From a virus, in the IMG/VR virus record IMGVR_UViG_3300019760_000006, positions 28,761-92,760 of that record: a stretch of DNA of 64,000 nucleotides. One strand, given 5' to 3'. The notes beneath the pieces are model-generated. The model was not told the origin of the DNA. It saw only the letters and a list, made by a program, of their open reading frames with translations, and ran no database searches. Positions 17,159 through 26,670 of the stretch are shown one piece after another. Each line of letters opens with the position of its first letter. The stretch's first letter is position 1. The position numbers and the translations under genes are program-made.

Positions 17159-18796
17159 ATGCGTGAGATTTTCGTTGACTACGAATATGGAGACGATCTG
17201 AATCCAGGGACGTTCGCCGCGCCGTATAAACACGACCGGGGCATGTCCGGATGGTATGGTGGTGGAGTGGCTTACAATCCTGGTGACATCATCCGTTTTA
17301 AACGAGGTGTTGTGTGGCCGAAAGCCACAGGCACCAGTTTTGAAGGGACTTCAAGCGACCCAATAACATATACCGATTACGGTGACGCTGAAGAGCCCGC
17401 GACGCTTCAGCCTTCGGACTATTTGACCGGATGGTCCTTACATGCAGCCGGTATTTATGTTGCTGATCTCGCTTCTCTTGTTGCGTCTTTTATCGTTCTT
17501 GACAATGAGATTCCTCTACCTTCAGTTTCTTCGATTGCTGAAATTACCGAAAATTCCTTCTTCTACGATTCCGGCGCTCAAAAACTATACGTAGGGGTTG
17601 ACGGTGATATCGCAGACCACACTATCTCTGCACCTCACACCGTGCATTGTTTCGCCGTGTCAAAAGCGTACATCCATGTTTACGGCCTGCGTGTAAGGCA
17701 CGGATACGACACTCAAACGGGTGGTATAAAATTGTATGCCGGGGTGACTGAGAAAGTCGGATGTATCGTTGAAGAGTGTGAATCCGTGGCGTGTGGTACC
17801 GGGATTTATAACTATAATACAGATGCTACCATCAGGAAAAATACTGCCCGGAATTGTTGGAATGGGCAGCAATATCCCGCCGGTGCAGGGTTTGGATTAA
17901 TTACTGGGCGTGGTGGTGTTTTCGCAGACAATATTATTGAGGGATGCTACACGGGTGTCGGAACAACAACCGGTAATATCGGTGGAATTTTCACGAATAA
18001 CAAGATTTTGGATTCCATAGTCAACTCCGTGGGGTATCTGTACGGAACAGCAGCAGGCCCGTGTAAAGTGTTTGGGAATTACATCCGACACAGCCCTGCT
18101 GCCGCTGTGGGTCATGGCCTGTGCGCCACAGCTACCGCTGGAAATTACGTCACTGCTAAAAATAACATCGTTGAGATTCCGACTGGCACTATCAATCATG
18201 TAAATATCAATTGCATTTATTTGAGGGATGGTTCGGATTATACGGGCATAGATTTCGACAGCAATGATTATTTCGTGGCCGATGGCCTATCTTGTAAGAT
18301 TGGTAGATTATGGGAGTCCGAAGCCGTTCCGGTTGTTGATTACGACACGTTAAATGCTTTTAGAGATGTGACGGGAACAGACGCAAAATCAATTAGCGCT
18401 GATCCGCAGCTTGATACAGCTGGCAGACCGGCCACGAATTCCCCAATCGTAGGAGCCGGTCAGGTAATCCCGGGCATCCACGACCAGTCTACTCCGGCCA
18501 CGGATATCGACGGCAAGCCCATCCTATTCATACCAAATATGGGGCCTTATGATGACCGGGTGTCCAAAACTATCACCGAAGCCAACTATGCGCCCACTGG
18601 CTACTCAGTTCGGGCCGGTGCCACGCTAACGCTCAAGGGCGGCGGTGATGTTGATCTCTCAGGGATTACTGACACCGGGGAAATCATATGTAAGCTGGTA
18701 GGGGATATCAATTCGTTCGTACCGAATGGGGATGATACAAAGCTATCTTCTATGAAAAAAAAGAAAATATATAATTTAAATGAAAGGAGTTTGTAA
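17159..18796 (+). CDS. Parallel beta-helix (pectin lyase-like) protein, putative depolymerase or appendage
   Basis: N-terminal VD...GDD.NPGT...PYK, PGDIIRFKRG..W; Asn-ladder repeats (NIIEG, NKILD, NYIRH, NNIVE); DIDGKP; markedly GC-richer than its flanks. Confidence 0.75.
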   Translation: MREIFVDYEYGDDLNPGTFAAPYKHDRGMSGWYGGGVAYNPGDIIRFKRGVVWPKATGTSFEGTSSDPITYTDYGDAEEPATLQPSDYLTGWSLHAAGIYVADLASLVASFIVLDNEIPLPSVSSIAEITENSFFYDSGAQKLYVGVDGDIADHTISAPHTVHCFAVSKAYIHVYGLRVRHGYDTQTGGIKLYAGVTEKVGCIVEECESVACGTGIYNYNTDATIRKNTARNCWNGQQYPAGAGFGLITGRGGVFADNIIEGCYTGVGTTTGNIGGIFTNNKILDSIVNSVGYLYGTAAGPCKVFGNYIRHSPAAAVGHGLCATATAGNYVTAKNNIVEIPTGTINHVNINCIYLRDGSDYTGIDFDSNDYFVADGLSCKIGRLWESEAVPVVDYDTLNAFRDVTGTDAKSISADPQLDTAGRPATNSPIVGAGQVIPGIHDQSTPATDIDGKPILFIPNMGPYDDRVSKTITEANYAPTGYSVRAGATLTLKGGGDVDLSGITDTGEIICKLVGDINSFVPNGDDTKLSSMKKKKIYNLNERSL

Positions 18797-18822
18797 TCAG
18801 AGATTACAACAAATAATAAAAA

Positions 18823-19230
18823 ATGATTAAAGAAAAGAAAGAATTTATTTATAAACCATTTGGATCTTTTTGGGTGAGTATGTTTTGGAAAGAGGTTAAT
18901 AAGTGGTTTGAAGATGGTTGGAAAGTTTGTGAGAATACAGGGAATAAATTGAAAGATGTTCCTATCATCCTCCCTAATATGATTAGGGTTGTTTTTGAAC
19001 GTGATAGTATTGATCTATCACTTGAACATCTTAAAACACTTACAAAAGTTGATGAATATAAAGAATTTTGTAAAAAGTGTGATATCGATTATGATAAATC
19101 ACTTGAAAAAGCACCAATGAAATTTAAGAAGTTTATTCGTGAGTGGCTTGAAAACTATGAAGATAAAGAGGAAGATGTAAAACTTGATATCTTTCTTAAT
19201 AAAGATTCTTTTAAACAGGTGAATGATTGA
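18823..19230 (+). CDS. Hypothetical protein
   Basis: 135-aa ORF upstream of the portal. Confidence 0.65.
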   Translation: MIKEKKEFIYKPFGSFWVSMFWKEVNKWFEDGWKVCENTGNKLKDVPIILPNMIRVVFERDSIDLSLEHLKTLTKVDEYKEFCKKCDIDYDKSLEKAPMKFKKFIREWLENYEDKEEDVKLDIFLNKDSFKQVND

Positions 19231-19409
19231 AAATTATAACAAGAAAAAATAAGATTGAGATTTTGGACAATGATGGTAAAGATTTAACAAAGTCTCTTGA
19301 AATAACATCTTTTAAAACAGTTGTGGATGGTACGTCACCTCATAAAACGAGAGGTGTTATCTATATTGATAACGTAGAACATATCTGTGTTGATGAGGAT
19401 AATAAATAA
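19227..19409 (+). CDS. Hypothetical protein
   Basis: TTG start, coupled to neighbours on both sides. Confidence 0.55.
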   Translation: MKIITRKNKIEILDNDGKDLTKSLEITSFKTVVDGTSPHKTRGVIYIDNVEHICVDEDNK

Positions 19410-21061
19410 TGTCAAAACGAAAAAAGAATAAAAACAAAAGAGCATCTCCTAATGTTAAGCAAGACGTTTATGTGAATAAGCAGGCACGTAAACTTTCAAC
19501 AAGGACATCAACAATTGAAGTTGGTCAGCCTGGAATTGTTTCTGGAAACTATTTTATTCAGGATTCAAGAAAGACAGAACTCGCAATGCCACGCAGACTT
19601 TGTACATTTGATGTTATGTGTCAAGATGATGCTGTAAGCAATTCTGTTAATTTTACAAATATGCTTGTTGTTAATTCAATGTATGGTGGTAAAGTTATTC
19701 CTGGTGAAAGTAATAGCTATGCAAGCAGAGTAAGTTCAGATGCGATTAATTACATGTTTCATAACATGTCTTATGGTACTTGGCTTGATTTTTGTATCAA
19801 CGCAGCAACAGACCTTAAATATGGATTCTCATTTGCTAATATAGTTACTGGAAAGTATAAGAAGGGTAAGTACAAAGGTGCTATTGGTATTAAGAAACTC
19901 TCTCCTCGTTGCCAAAAAACAGTTTATGGTTGGGTTTGGGATAATAAGAATAGAGAGTTTGAAGGTTTCTTACAGAATAAGAACCTTTATCAAAGAAAGA
20001 TGACATCTGGAAGATCAACAGATTTTCTTGGTAATATAAATCTCCTTAACTCTGCTAAATATTATACAAATGGTTATCCATTTCTAAGAAGAGAACAACT
20101 TCTTCATTTCACTTATAACTCAACTAACAACAACCCACAAGGCAACTCTCCATTGATGGATTGTTACAACGCCTGGGCTGAGAAGAAATTAATAGAAAAA
20201 TTTGAGATCTCAGCTATAACAAAGGGACTTGGCGGTGTTCTTTTATTACGAATTCCTTCACAATTGATTGAAAGGGCAAATGATCCGCAAGGGAGATTTC
20301 CAGAAGCGACTGCTGAATATCTTGCATTACAACAGGATGCAGCAGCTATTCATTCCGCTGAGAATGCACTTATGGTGCTTACAAGTGATGTAGATGAGAT
20401 AACTAAACAACCTCTATATGATGTCAAATTTATGGGTGTAGAAGGCGGTAGTTCAACTAACTCATTTGACACAACAAAGATTATAGATCAAAAGAGAAAA
20501 GCAATCTATAATACATTCCTTACATCTGCAATTCTTCTTGGTCAAGGTGAAGTTGGTAGTTATGCACTCTCAAACAACATCACAACAATGCATGCTCTGG
20601 CTGTACAAAACAATATTCTTCAAAAGACTAATGTAATCAATACACAATTAATTCCACGTCTACTTGAAGTTAATGGTATTGAACTTGATTGGAAAGATAT
20701 GCCAAGATTTGAGCCTATCTCTCCTACTGAAGTTGATAATGAAATTTTATCGAAAGTCGTACAAAGAATGAAGAGTGTTAATGCCATTACGCCAATAGCT
20801 CTTAAAACTATATATGAAGAGTTTGGTTGGGACACAGAAGGTGTTGATGAATTAGATTTCAGTGATAAAGGAGAGAGTAGAGCAGGAGAAAGCCAAGGAA
20901 GCTCAGGTACAGGTAATTCCCAAAACACTGGTGGTGGAAGTACATCTACATCTAACATGGAGAATTCAGATACTCAGAAGAGTATAAAGTATTTTATAAG
21001 AGATGGCAGTGCTTTAGTAGATGCAACCACTGGAAAATATGTTGGTGAGATTGAAGAATAG
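19409..21061 (+). CDS. Portal protein
   Basis: 550 aa between TerL and protease; YGFS..., KKLSPR.Q, NPQG.SPL..CY.AW.EK, GSYALS motifs. Confidence 0.88.
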   Translation: MSKRKKNKNKRASPNVKQDVYVNKQARKLSTRTSTIEVGQPGIVSGNYFIQDSRKTELAMPRRLCTFDVMCQDDAVSNSVNFTNMLVVNSMYGGKVIPGESNSYASRVSSDAINYMFHNMSYGTWLDFCINAATDLKYGFSFANIVTGKYKKGKYKGAIGIKKLSPRCQKTVYGWVWDNKNREFEGFLQNKNLYQRKMTSGRSTDFLGNINLLNSAKYYTNGYPFLRREQLLHFTYNSTNNNPQGNSPLMDCYNAWAEKKLIEKFEISAITKGLGGVLLLRIPSQLIERANDPQGRFPEATAEYLALQQDAAAIHSAENALMVLTSDVDEITKQPLYDVKFMGVEGGSSTNSFDTTKIIDQKRKAIYNTFLTSAILLGQGEVGSYALSNNITTMHALAVQNNILQKTNVINTQLIPRLLEVNGIELDWKDMPRFEPISPTEVDNEILSKVVQRMKSVNAITPIALKTIYEEFGWDTEGVDELDFSDKGESRAGESQGSSGTGNSQNTGGGSTSTSNMENSDTQKSIKYFIRDGSALVDATTGKYVGEIEE

Positions 21062-21084
21062 ATTATACACTGGGGGTGATTAAA

Positions 21085-21675
21085 ATTCCTTATGCTAATG
21101 TAGCTGATGCAAGAAAGAAAGTTAAAGCATTAAAGAATCTATCTGACAGTCAAGTTAAAACTTTTATATCCGTGTTTAATAAACTTGTTAAAGATGGTGA
21201 GAAAGAAGATAGCGCTTATGCTAAAGCTATTGCATCAGCTAAACGTATTAAAAATAAATCAAAGGGATCTGAAGATCAGGTATACGATATGATTGTAAAT
21301 AAATACATTGAAGAGAAAATGATTGCTTATGAACCTATGTATTGTCCACCAAATGTCGCAGATTGTGTTCAAGATGCAATGACAGATGAAGAGATAGTGA
21401 AGATGGTTGATAACGCAAATAAGAAAATAGCAGATGGTACTTTAAAACCATATCTTTTCCACAAAACACAAACTGATGCTTTTTCTTTTGTAAAAGCCTT
21501 TGTGAATCCTTGGGATTGTGTTGTTGGTGATCAGGAAATTTATGAAGGGCAACCTGTTATTGTTGTTAAGTATAAAAACAAGAGGGCATGGGAACTTAGA
21601 AAACAAGGTATTATTAAAGGCCCTTCTATTGGTGGTATAGCAGGAAGTATTGAGGAGGTTGATGAAGATGAATGA
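21085..21675 (+). CDS. Prohead serine protease (XkdF/S78-like) with N-terminal ChaB-like domain, probable ATT start
   Basis: (M)PY...LSDSQVKTFISVFN; D...D, LFH, W...K.G.IKGPSIGG; GGGGGTGAT-TAAA-ATT. Confidence 0.75.
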   Translation: MPYANVADARKKVKALKNLSDSQVKTFISVFNKLVKDGEKEDSAYAKAIASAKRIKNKSKGSEDQVYDMIVNKYIEEKMIAYEPMYCPPNVADCVQDAMTDEEIVKMVDNANKKIADGTLKPYLFHKTQTDAFSFVKAFVNPWDCVVGDQEIYEGQPVIVVKYKNKRAWELRKQGIIKGPSIGGIAGSIEEVDEDE

Positions 21676-22486
21676 TCTTGATAAAATAAAAACCCCTAAA
21701 AAGAAACCAAAAAAGATTAAAAGGTATTTGAAGGATATTGATCTTGATCATATTGCTATGACAAGTGGTATGGGGGCTGCAAGTGAAATGAATGAACCAT
21801 TTATTCTTAAGTCTGTTGAAAAATCAAGTAAAGATGAAAATACTTATACAGAAGAAGAGACAGGTATTCTTAAAGAACTTGGGGAATGGAAAGAAGAGTA
21901 TATAACTATTAAATCTGTTAGTAAAACTACAGATATTCTAAATGAAGCTGAAGAAAATCCAAATATAAAAGAAGAACAAAAGGAGAAAGAAACAACAATG
22001 TCTAAACAGAATGATGGTGTGGTAGAGACACCTGTTGTTAGTGTTGAGGAACTTGATGCACTACGGCAGGAAGTTATGAAGATGAAGAAAGAGAATGAGA
22101 TTCTTAAATCTAATGAATTGATTAAGGATTTTATTTTTTCTAATGATGAAGATAAACAGAAAGAAATTAAAAAAGGTGTAGCTGAGATTATCTCTACTAT
22201 TGAATTTGAGTCAAGAGAAATTCTTACAAAAGCTTTTAATGCTGCTATCAAACATGTTTCAACAAAGGCTGTAGAAAAAGCTAAGTCTGAGGATAAGAAA
22301 CCTGAAGAGAATACTTTGAAGAAGATGTTGGATGAAGAGGTTGGTAGTGAGGATGGTGAGGATAAAGATGCACTCCTGAAAGGTAATCCTGAAGGTAGGA
22401 CAGAAGTTGATAAGTTTAACGAAGATTTCACTAAGTACTTTAATAAATCTAAAGGAATTAAAGAAGACAATCAGGAGGGGAAGTAA
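21668..22486 (+). CDS. Capsid scaffolding protein
   Basis: E/K-rich coiled coil between protease and decoration/capsid genes; ATG 21668 behind GAGGAGG. Confidence 0.65.
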   Translation: MNDLDKIKTPKKKPKKIKRYLKDIDLDHIAMTSGMGAASEMNEPFILKSVEKSSKDENTYTEEETGILKELGEWKEEYITIKSVSKTTDILNEAEENPNIKEEQKEKETTMSKQNDGVVETPVVSVEELDALRQEVMKMKKENEILKSNELIKDFIFSNDEDKQKEIKKGVAEIISTIEFESREILTKAFNAAIKHVSTKAVEKAKSEDKKPEENTLKKMLDEEVGSEDGEDKDALLKGNPEGRTEVDKFNEDFTKYFNKSKGIKEDNQEGK

Positions 22487-22492
22487 TATATA

Positions 22493-22975
22493 ATGCCTAC
22501 AGTAACTAATAGTACAAAAAGACGACAGATTTCTGAACTAATTAAAGGGTATGATAATTTTCAGTATGAGAAGGGTATTAACTTCTATTTTGCAACAGTT
22601 GATGTAAAAGGAACTGCTGCTATTGATCCAATTGGAACCCCTCTTGTATGGAATAATACAACCTCTGCTTTTGAGGTTTTTATAGCTCAAGATTTTAGTG
22701 CTATTGCTACATCACCACTTCCTGACAAATCACCTATCTGTCTTACTGTTGGTGATAATAGAGGTGTTGGTTTTAATGAAGCAGATACACAACTTATTGC
22801 AGATACAGCCACTAAAATGACAGTTATTTTTAGAGGTGAGGCTGGTGTGAGTGAAGCTGGATTGGATTGGGGAACTGCAAATGGAACCAATCAGGGGCTT
22901 TTTAAAAATAAACTTGAACAGCAGAAAATTGCAATTGTAGAGAGTGCCACTGAAGTCACTCCTTCTTTTATTTAA
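22493..22975 (+). CDS. Head decoration protein
   Basis: 160 aa immediately upstream of the capsid gene; beta-rich, RG motif. Confidence 0.65.
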   Translation: MPTVTNSTKRRQISELIKGYDNFQYEKGINFYFATVDVKGTAAIDPIGTPLVWNNTTSAFEVFIAQDFSAIATSPLPDKSPICLTVGDNRGVGFNEADTQLIADTATKMTVIFRGEAGVSEAGLDWGTANGTNQGLFKNKLEQQKIAIVESATEVTPSFI

Positions 22976-22998
22976 TGAGAGGTGAAATAAAATAATAT

Positions 22999-24090
22999 AT
23001 GAAAATTAATCAGACAGAAATCAGTTATGATGTAAAGAAACAGGCTCAGGTAACTTCACAAGGAAACCCTTGGCTATTCCACGATAGAACAGATCTTCTC
23101 CAGAATTTTCAGGTAAAGCCGGGAATTTTTACTGCTTTGTTCGGTGGATCTTTTACTACAGACAACCTTAAAACTCATACTTATGAATTTGATCGTACAT
23201 TTGAGACACTGGCGATGCCAGGTGGTAAACGTTATGATGAGATTGGTAAGGATCTGAAGAAAGATCAGCACGATATGAAATACTATGGTGTACCTTCTTT
23301 TGGTCTTAGATATAATGTCATGGCACAGGATTGGATGGACAGACGACAGCCTGGCACTATGGAGCTTATGAATGAGGCTTATGTTGAAAGTCAGATGGCT
23401 CTAAAAGCTGAAAGAGCTTGGGGTTTGTTTACAGAGTATGGTATTGCCTCTCTCCTTCTGACTGATCAGAATATCATCCTTGATGGACCTTATACACAGT
23501 ATAATTATTACACAGATCTTATTGGTGGTGCTCGTCCTGCTAAAGTTGATATGAAACTTGATGAGAATGTAAATCATGAAGATCTTATGAATGCTGAAGT
23601 TGATAATATTACTCAGAAAATTATGAAAGCGGGAATGTCTGCTGGAATGATGGTTTGTCTTTGTGGAACTACTTACTTTAATCAGAGGTTGGAGATTGAA
23701 AAGCTTACAACTCTAAACCGTGAAATCAGAAATCGTCTTGATCTTGCATCAATGCCTGTTCCTGAGTCTTCTTTTGGTACTGGTGATCTTCCCTATCGGA
23801 ACTTTGAAGGTATGCTTGATGGTGTTCTTTACATTCATATTGGTAATGAAATTCTTACAGGTACAAAAGTAATTGCTGACACTGATGCATACCTTATGCC
23901 AATGGGTCTTAGTGGTTGGCTTGCAAAAGCTTATGCTCCTGCTATTGATAGAGAGAATGTGAATAAAGAGGCTCGCGATATGTATATGTGGAGTTATGAA
24001 GATAGGTTTGGTCTTAACACTTATTTTGAAAGTAATGTGCTCTTCGCTAATCGCAGACCAGAATTTATCACTCATTTGAAGAATACGTAA
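22999..24090 (+). CDS. Major capsid protein (lambda gpE-like family)
   Basis: 363 aa, synteny, C-terminal AYAPA...ESN.L....RPE, biased codons. Confidence 0.85.
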   Translation: MKINQTEISYDVKKQAQVTSQGNPWLFHDRTDLLQNFQVKPGIFTALFGGSFTTDNLKTHTYEFDRTFETLAMPGGKRYDEIGKDLKKDQHDMKYYGVPSFGLRYNVMAQDWMDRRQPGTMELMNEAYVESQMALKAERAWGLFTEYGIASLLLTDQNIILDGPYTQYNYYTDLIGGARPAKVDMKLDENVNHEDLMNAEVDNITQKIMKAGMSAGMMVCLCGTTYFNQRLEIEKLTTLNREIRNRLDLASMPVPESSFGTGDLPYRNFEGMLDGVLYIHIGNEILTGTKVIADTDAYLMPMGLSGWLAKAYAPAIDRENVNKEARDMYMWSYEDRFGLNTYFESNVLFANRRPEFITHLKNT

Positions 24091-24109
24091 TAAAAATAAT
24101 AGTTTATAT

Positions 24110-24129
24110 AGGGCCTGAAATATGGCCCT
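24110..24129 (+). terminator. Hairpin after the capsid gene (weak terminator or stabiliser)
   Basis: AGGGCC-N8-GGCCCT; poor U tract. Confidence 0.4.
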
Positions 24130-24158
24130 TAGAAAATTATTATAAAGGAAGTTGATAA

Positions 24159-24602
24159 ATGGCAACTATTGATCGAGATAAGTTAAGAGAAGATGTAAAG
24201 TTTTGGTTGCCAGATGGTAATACATTATCTGATGATCAAATAGAAAAATTAGATGAGATGATTATTGGAAAGATAGGTGATGATGATACAAAATATGATC
24301 AAATACTTTGCCTATCTATTGAGTTAGCTGCTATTAAAAATTCTTCTAACTCTTCAATATCATCTACTGATGTAAAGAAAGAGAAACTTGGGCCTCTTGA
24401 AATAGAAAGTTTTAAGAGTAATAGAATCAAAGATCCTTGGCCTGATTGGATTAAATATGATCTACCTTTTATCTGTGCAATTATTGGATACACAGATCAT
24501 TTAGTTAAACTTAAACATTTTCAAATATATGTATCTCCCGGCGAAGATATTGATATATTTGATGGACAATGTGACGATTATAGTCAACGATGTAGTTATT
24601 AA
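24159..24602 (+). CDS. Head-tail adaptor-like protein
   Basis: Follows the capsid gene; VKKEKLGPLEIE motif. Confidence 0.6.
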   Translation: MATIDRDKLREDVKFWLPDGNTLSDDQIEKLDEMIIGKIGDDDTKYDQILCLSIELAAIKNSSNSSISSTDVKKEKLGPLEIESFKSNRIKDPWPDWIKYDLPFICAIIGYTDHLVKLKHFQIYVSPGEDIDIFDGQCDDYSQRCSY

Positions 24603-24712
24603 CAAGTAAGTTAACAAGTAAATTTATATAACACAACATAATTTCCCCGACAATGTAATAATGTTTTAATAATTCAAAAGAAACAATAAAAAAGGAGAAG
24701 AAAAAGGAAATT

Positions 24713-24985
24713 ATGGCAGACACAAGACCTGATGTAATTTTGAATGGTGAAGAGTACCAAGATCTTTATGCAGCTACAGGCATTACTGTTGGTACTAAAT
24801 TAATTCTTTTTAACAAATCTACATCTGATGTGAGTGTAATACTATCAGCAACAAAACCACTTAATAATGATACAAAAGGTATAAGAATTGAGATTAAAGG
24901 TTCTATACGTGCTTTCACTGTTGATAGTGGAGAGAGTGGTTGTTGGGCTAAAGGATGGGGACCATTATCAGTGCAGGAAGCTTAA
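24713..24985 (+). CDS. Small putative virion protein
   Basis: 90 aa beta-rich, late operon. Confidence 0.6.
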   Translation: MADTRPDVILNGEEYQDLYAATGITVGTKLILFNKSTSDVSVILSATKPLNNDTKGIRIEIKGSIRAFTVDSGESGCWAKGWGPLSVQEA

Positions 24986-25023
24986 TATGAACTTAAATTA
25001 TAATAATACAGGAGGTTCATATT

Positions 25024-26670
25024 ATGGCTATTAGACCTTATTTTGGAGGTGGTACCGGTGGTGGTTTTGCTTTAGGCCATTTAGACAATCTTTTTGGGGC
25101 TACAAGTGGTGATGCAACAGCCTCTCCTTCGATAGTCCTTCCTGCTGCAAATAAAGCTGCTGCTATAGCTGTTAGAGATGCTTACTCATCTGCAAATCCT
25201 TCTTGGCTTGCTGAATATGATGCTGATAGTAATCTTAATATTAGATTAATATATTTAGATGGTGGGAATACTATTGTTGTACATCAGATTAGACAAGGAG
25301 GTAGTTGGGTTGATAACGGAAGTGTAACTGCTGTTGAAGGGCTACCAGGAAGTGGTACTGACTTCTCTCATGTTTCTGATAATCATATTCCTGCTATTGG
25401 TGTTGGTCCTGACAAACTTCCATATGATAGTGGTATTGATCACGATCCAGTAACAGGTAATCTTAGAACACCGGCTTCATTAACTGTTGGAAGTAATTCA
25501 CTATCATTTGATGATGCTCAGACAATAAGCAGTGGTATTGAGAATGTCTTCTTTAAACTTGATTTTCAAGATGAAGTTTATTCCCCTGCATGGCAGCAAG
25601 CAAATTTAGATGCTTCTGGCAGAGTTAGAAATAGGAAGTGGATTGGTGATATTAAATCAGATTTTGTTAAACAGCCGATAGATACTGAAACACTGTCTGA
25701 CCCTGTAACATTTAATTACACTGCATCTGATAATATCAGAATAGCTGATTTTCAGTTGAAACTTGAAGATGCAGCTACAGATTTGACAATATCAATTACA
25801 ACAACATCTGATGAGAAGGTTTGGAAATACAATTTTGGAGTTGCATCTCCTGGGTTAAATAAATTTAATATTATTAATAAAACATCACCTGTAGATGTAA
25901 GAATTGGTGATGAGTATAAGATAACAATAAGTGGTGGTCGAGTTAAAGGAAGTGCTTCAAACATTCCTTGGTTTACCGAAACCTATCGTGCCTGGAAAGA
26001 TGTTGATTTAGCAAGAATGGAAGATTTAGGTGGAGATCATACAAAGATTAAAACTTTTATAATGAGAGATCAGCCAACAAAGGTTGCTGCCGGTACACTT
26101 CTAACAGGTAATAGAACATTTGATTTTAGTTTAGAAATGCATGAAGGTGTCGTAGGTAATGGTACGCTAAGACAGAATGGTGGAATATTAAAAGCTGACA
26201 TTTCTCCAGCTGGTTATTTTTTTAACCAAAGCTTATCCCCTATTACATTAAATTCTGGTGAATCTTCAACCTGGACTCTTGAGTTTACCCTTACAACTGG
26301 TGGTATTATAAGTAAATCATTTACAGTATCTGCTGTTGACGCAGAGGAGTTAATGTATTGGGATGTACAAACATCTCATGATGCAAATGCATTTAATTAT
26401 GTTAGCATAACCTCAAGACATGCAGAAATAAATACAGCAATAAAGATAAATATTCAGACATACACAGGCAGCAAATACTTTGCTATTGCACAACCAACAT
26501 CTGAAGCAGATATAACAAAACTCGTTATAGGCGGTATAAATCAGATTGGGGCATTCACTAAAAACACATCTGCTATTACAATTAATACAATATCATATGA
26601 TGTGTGGATTAGTAATAATCTTTTACTTGGAAGTGTTGTATCTGGAGAGACAGTGGAGGTTATAAGATGA
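25024..26670 (+). CDS. Putative virion appendage or decoration protein
   Basis: 548 aa, G/S/T-rich multi beta-domain composition. Confidence 0.55.
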   Translation: MAIRPYFGGGTGGGFALGHLDNLFGATSGDATASPSIVLPAANKAAAIAVRDAYSSANPSWLAEYDADSNLNIRLIYLDGGNTIVVHQIRQGGSWVDNGSVTAVEGLPGSGTDFSHVSDNHIPAIGVGPDKLPYDSGIDHDPVTGNLRTPASLTVGSNSLSFDDAQTISSGIENVFFKLDFQDEVYSPAWQQANLDASGRVRNRKWIGDIKSDFVKQPIDTETLSDPVTFNYTASDNIRIADFQLKLEDAATDLTISITTTSDEKVWKYNFGVASPGLNKFNIINKTSPVDVRIGDEYKITISGGRVKGSASNIPWFTETYRAWKDVDLARMEDLGGDHTKIKTFIMRDQPTKVAAGTLLTGNRTFDFSLEMHEGVVGNGTLRQNGGILKADISPAGYFFNQSLSPITLNSGESSTWTLEFTLTTGGIISKSFTVSAVDAEELMYWDVQTSHDANAFNYVSITSRHAEINTAIKINIQTYTGSKYFAIAQPTSEADITKLVIGGINQIGAFTKNTSAITINTISYDVWISNNLLLGSVVSGETVEVIR

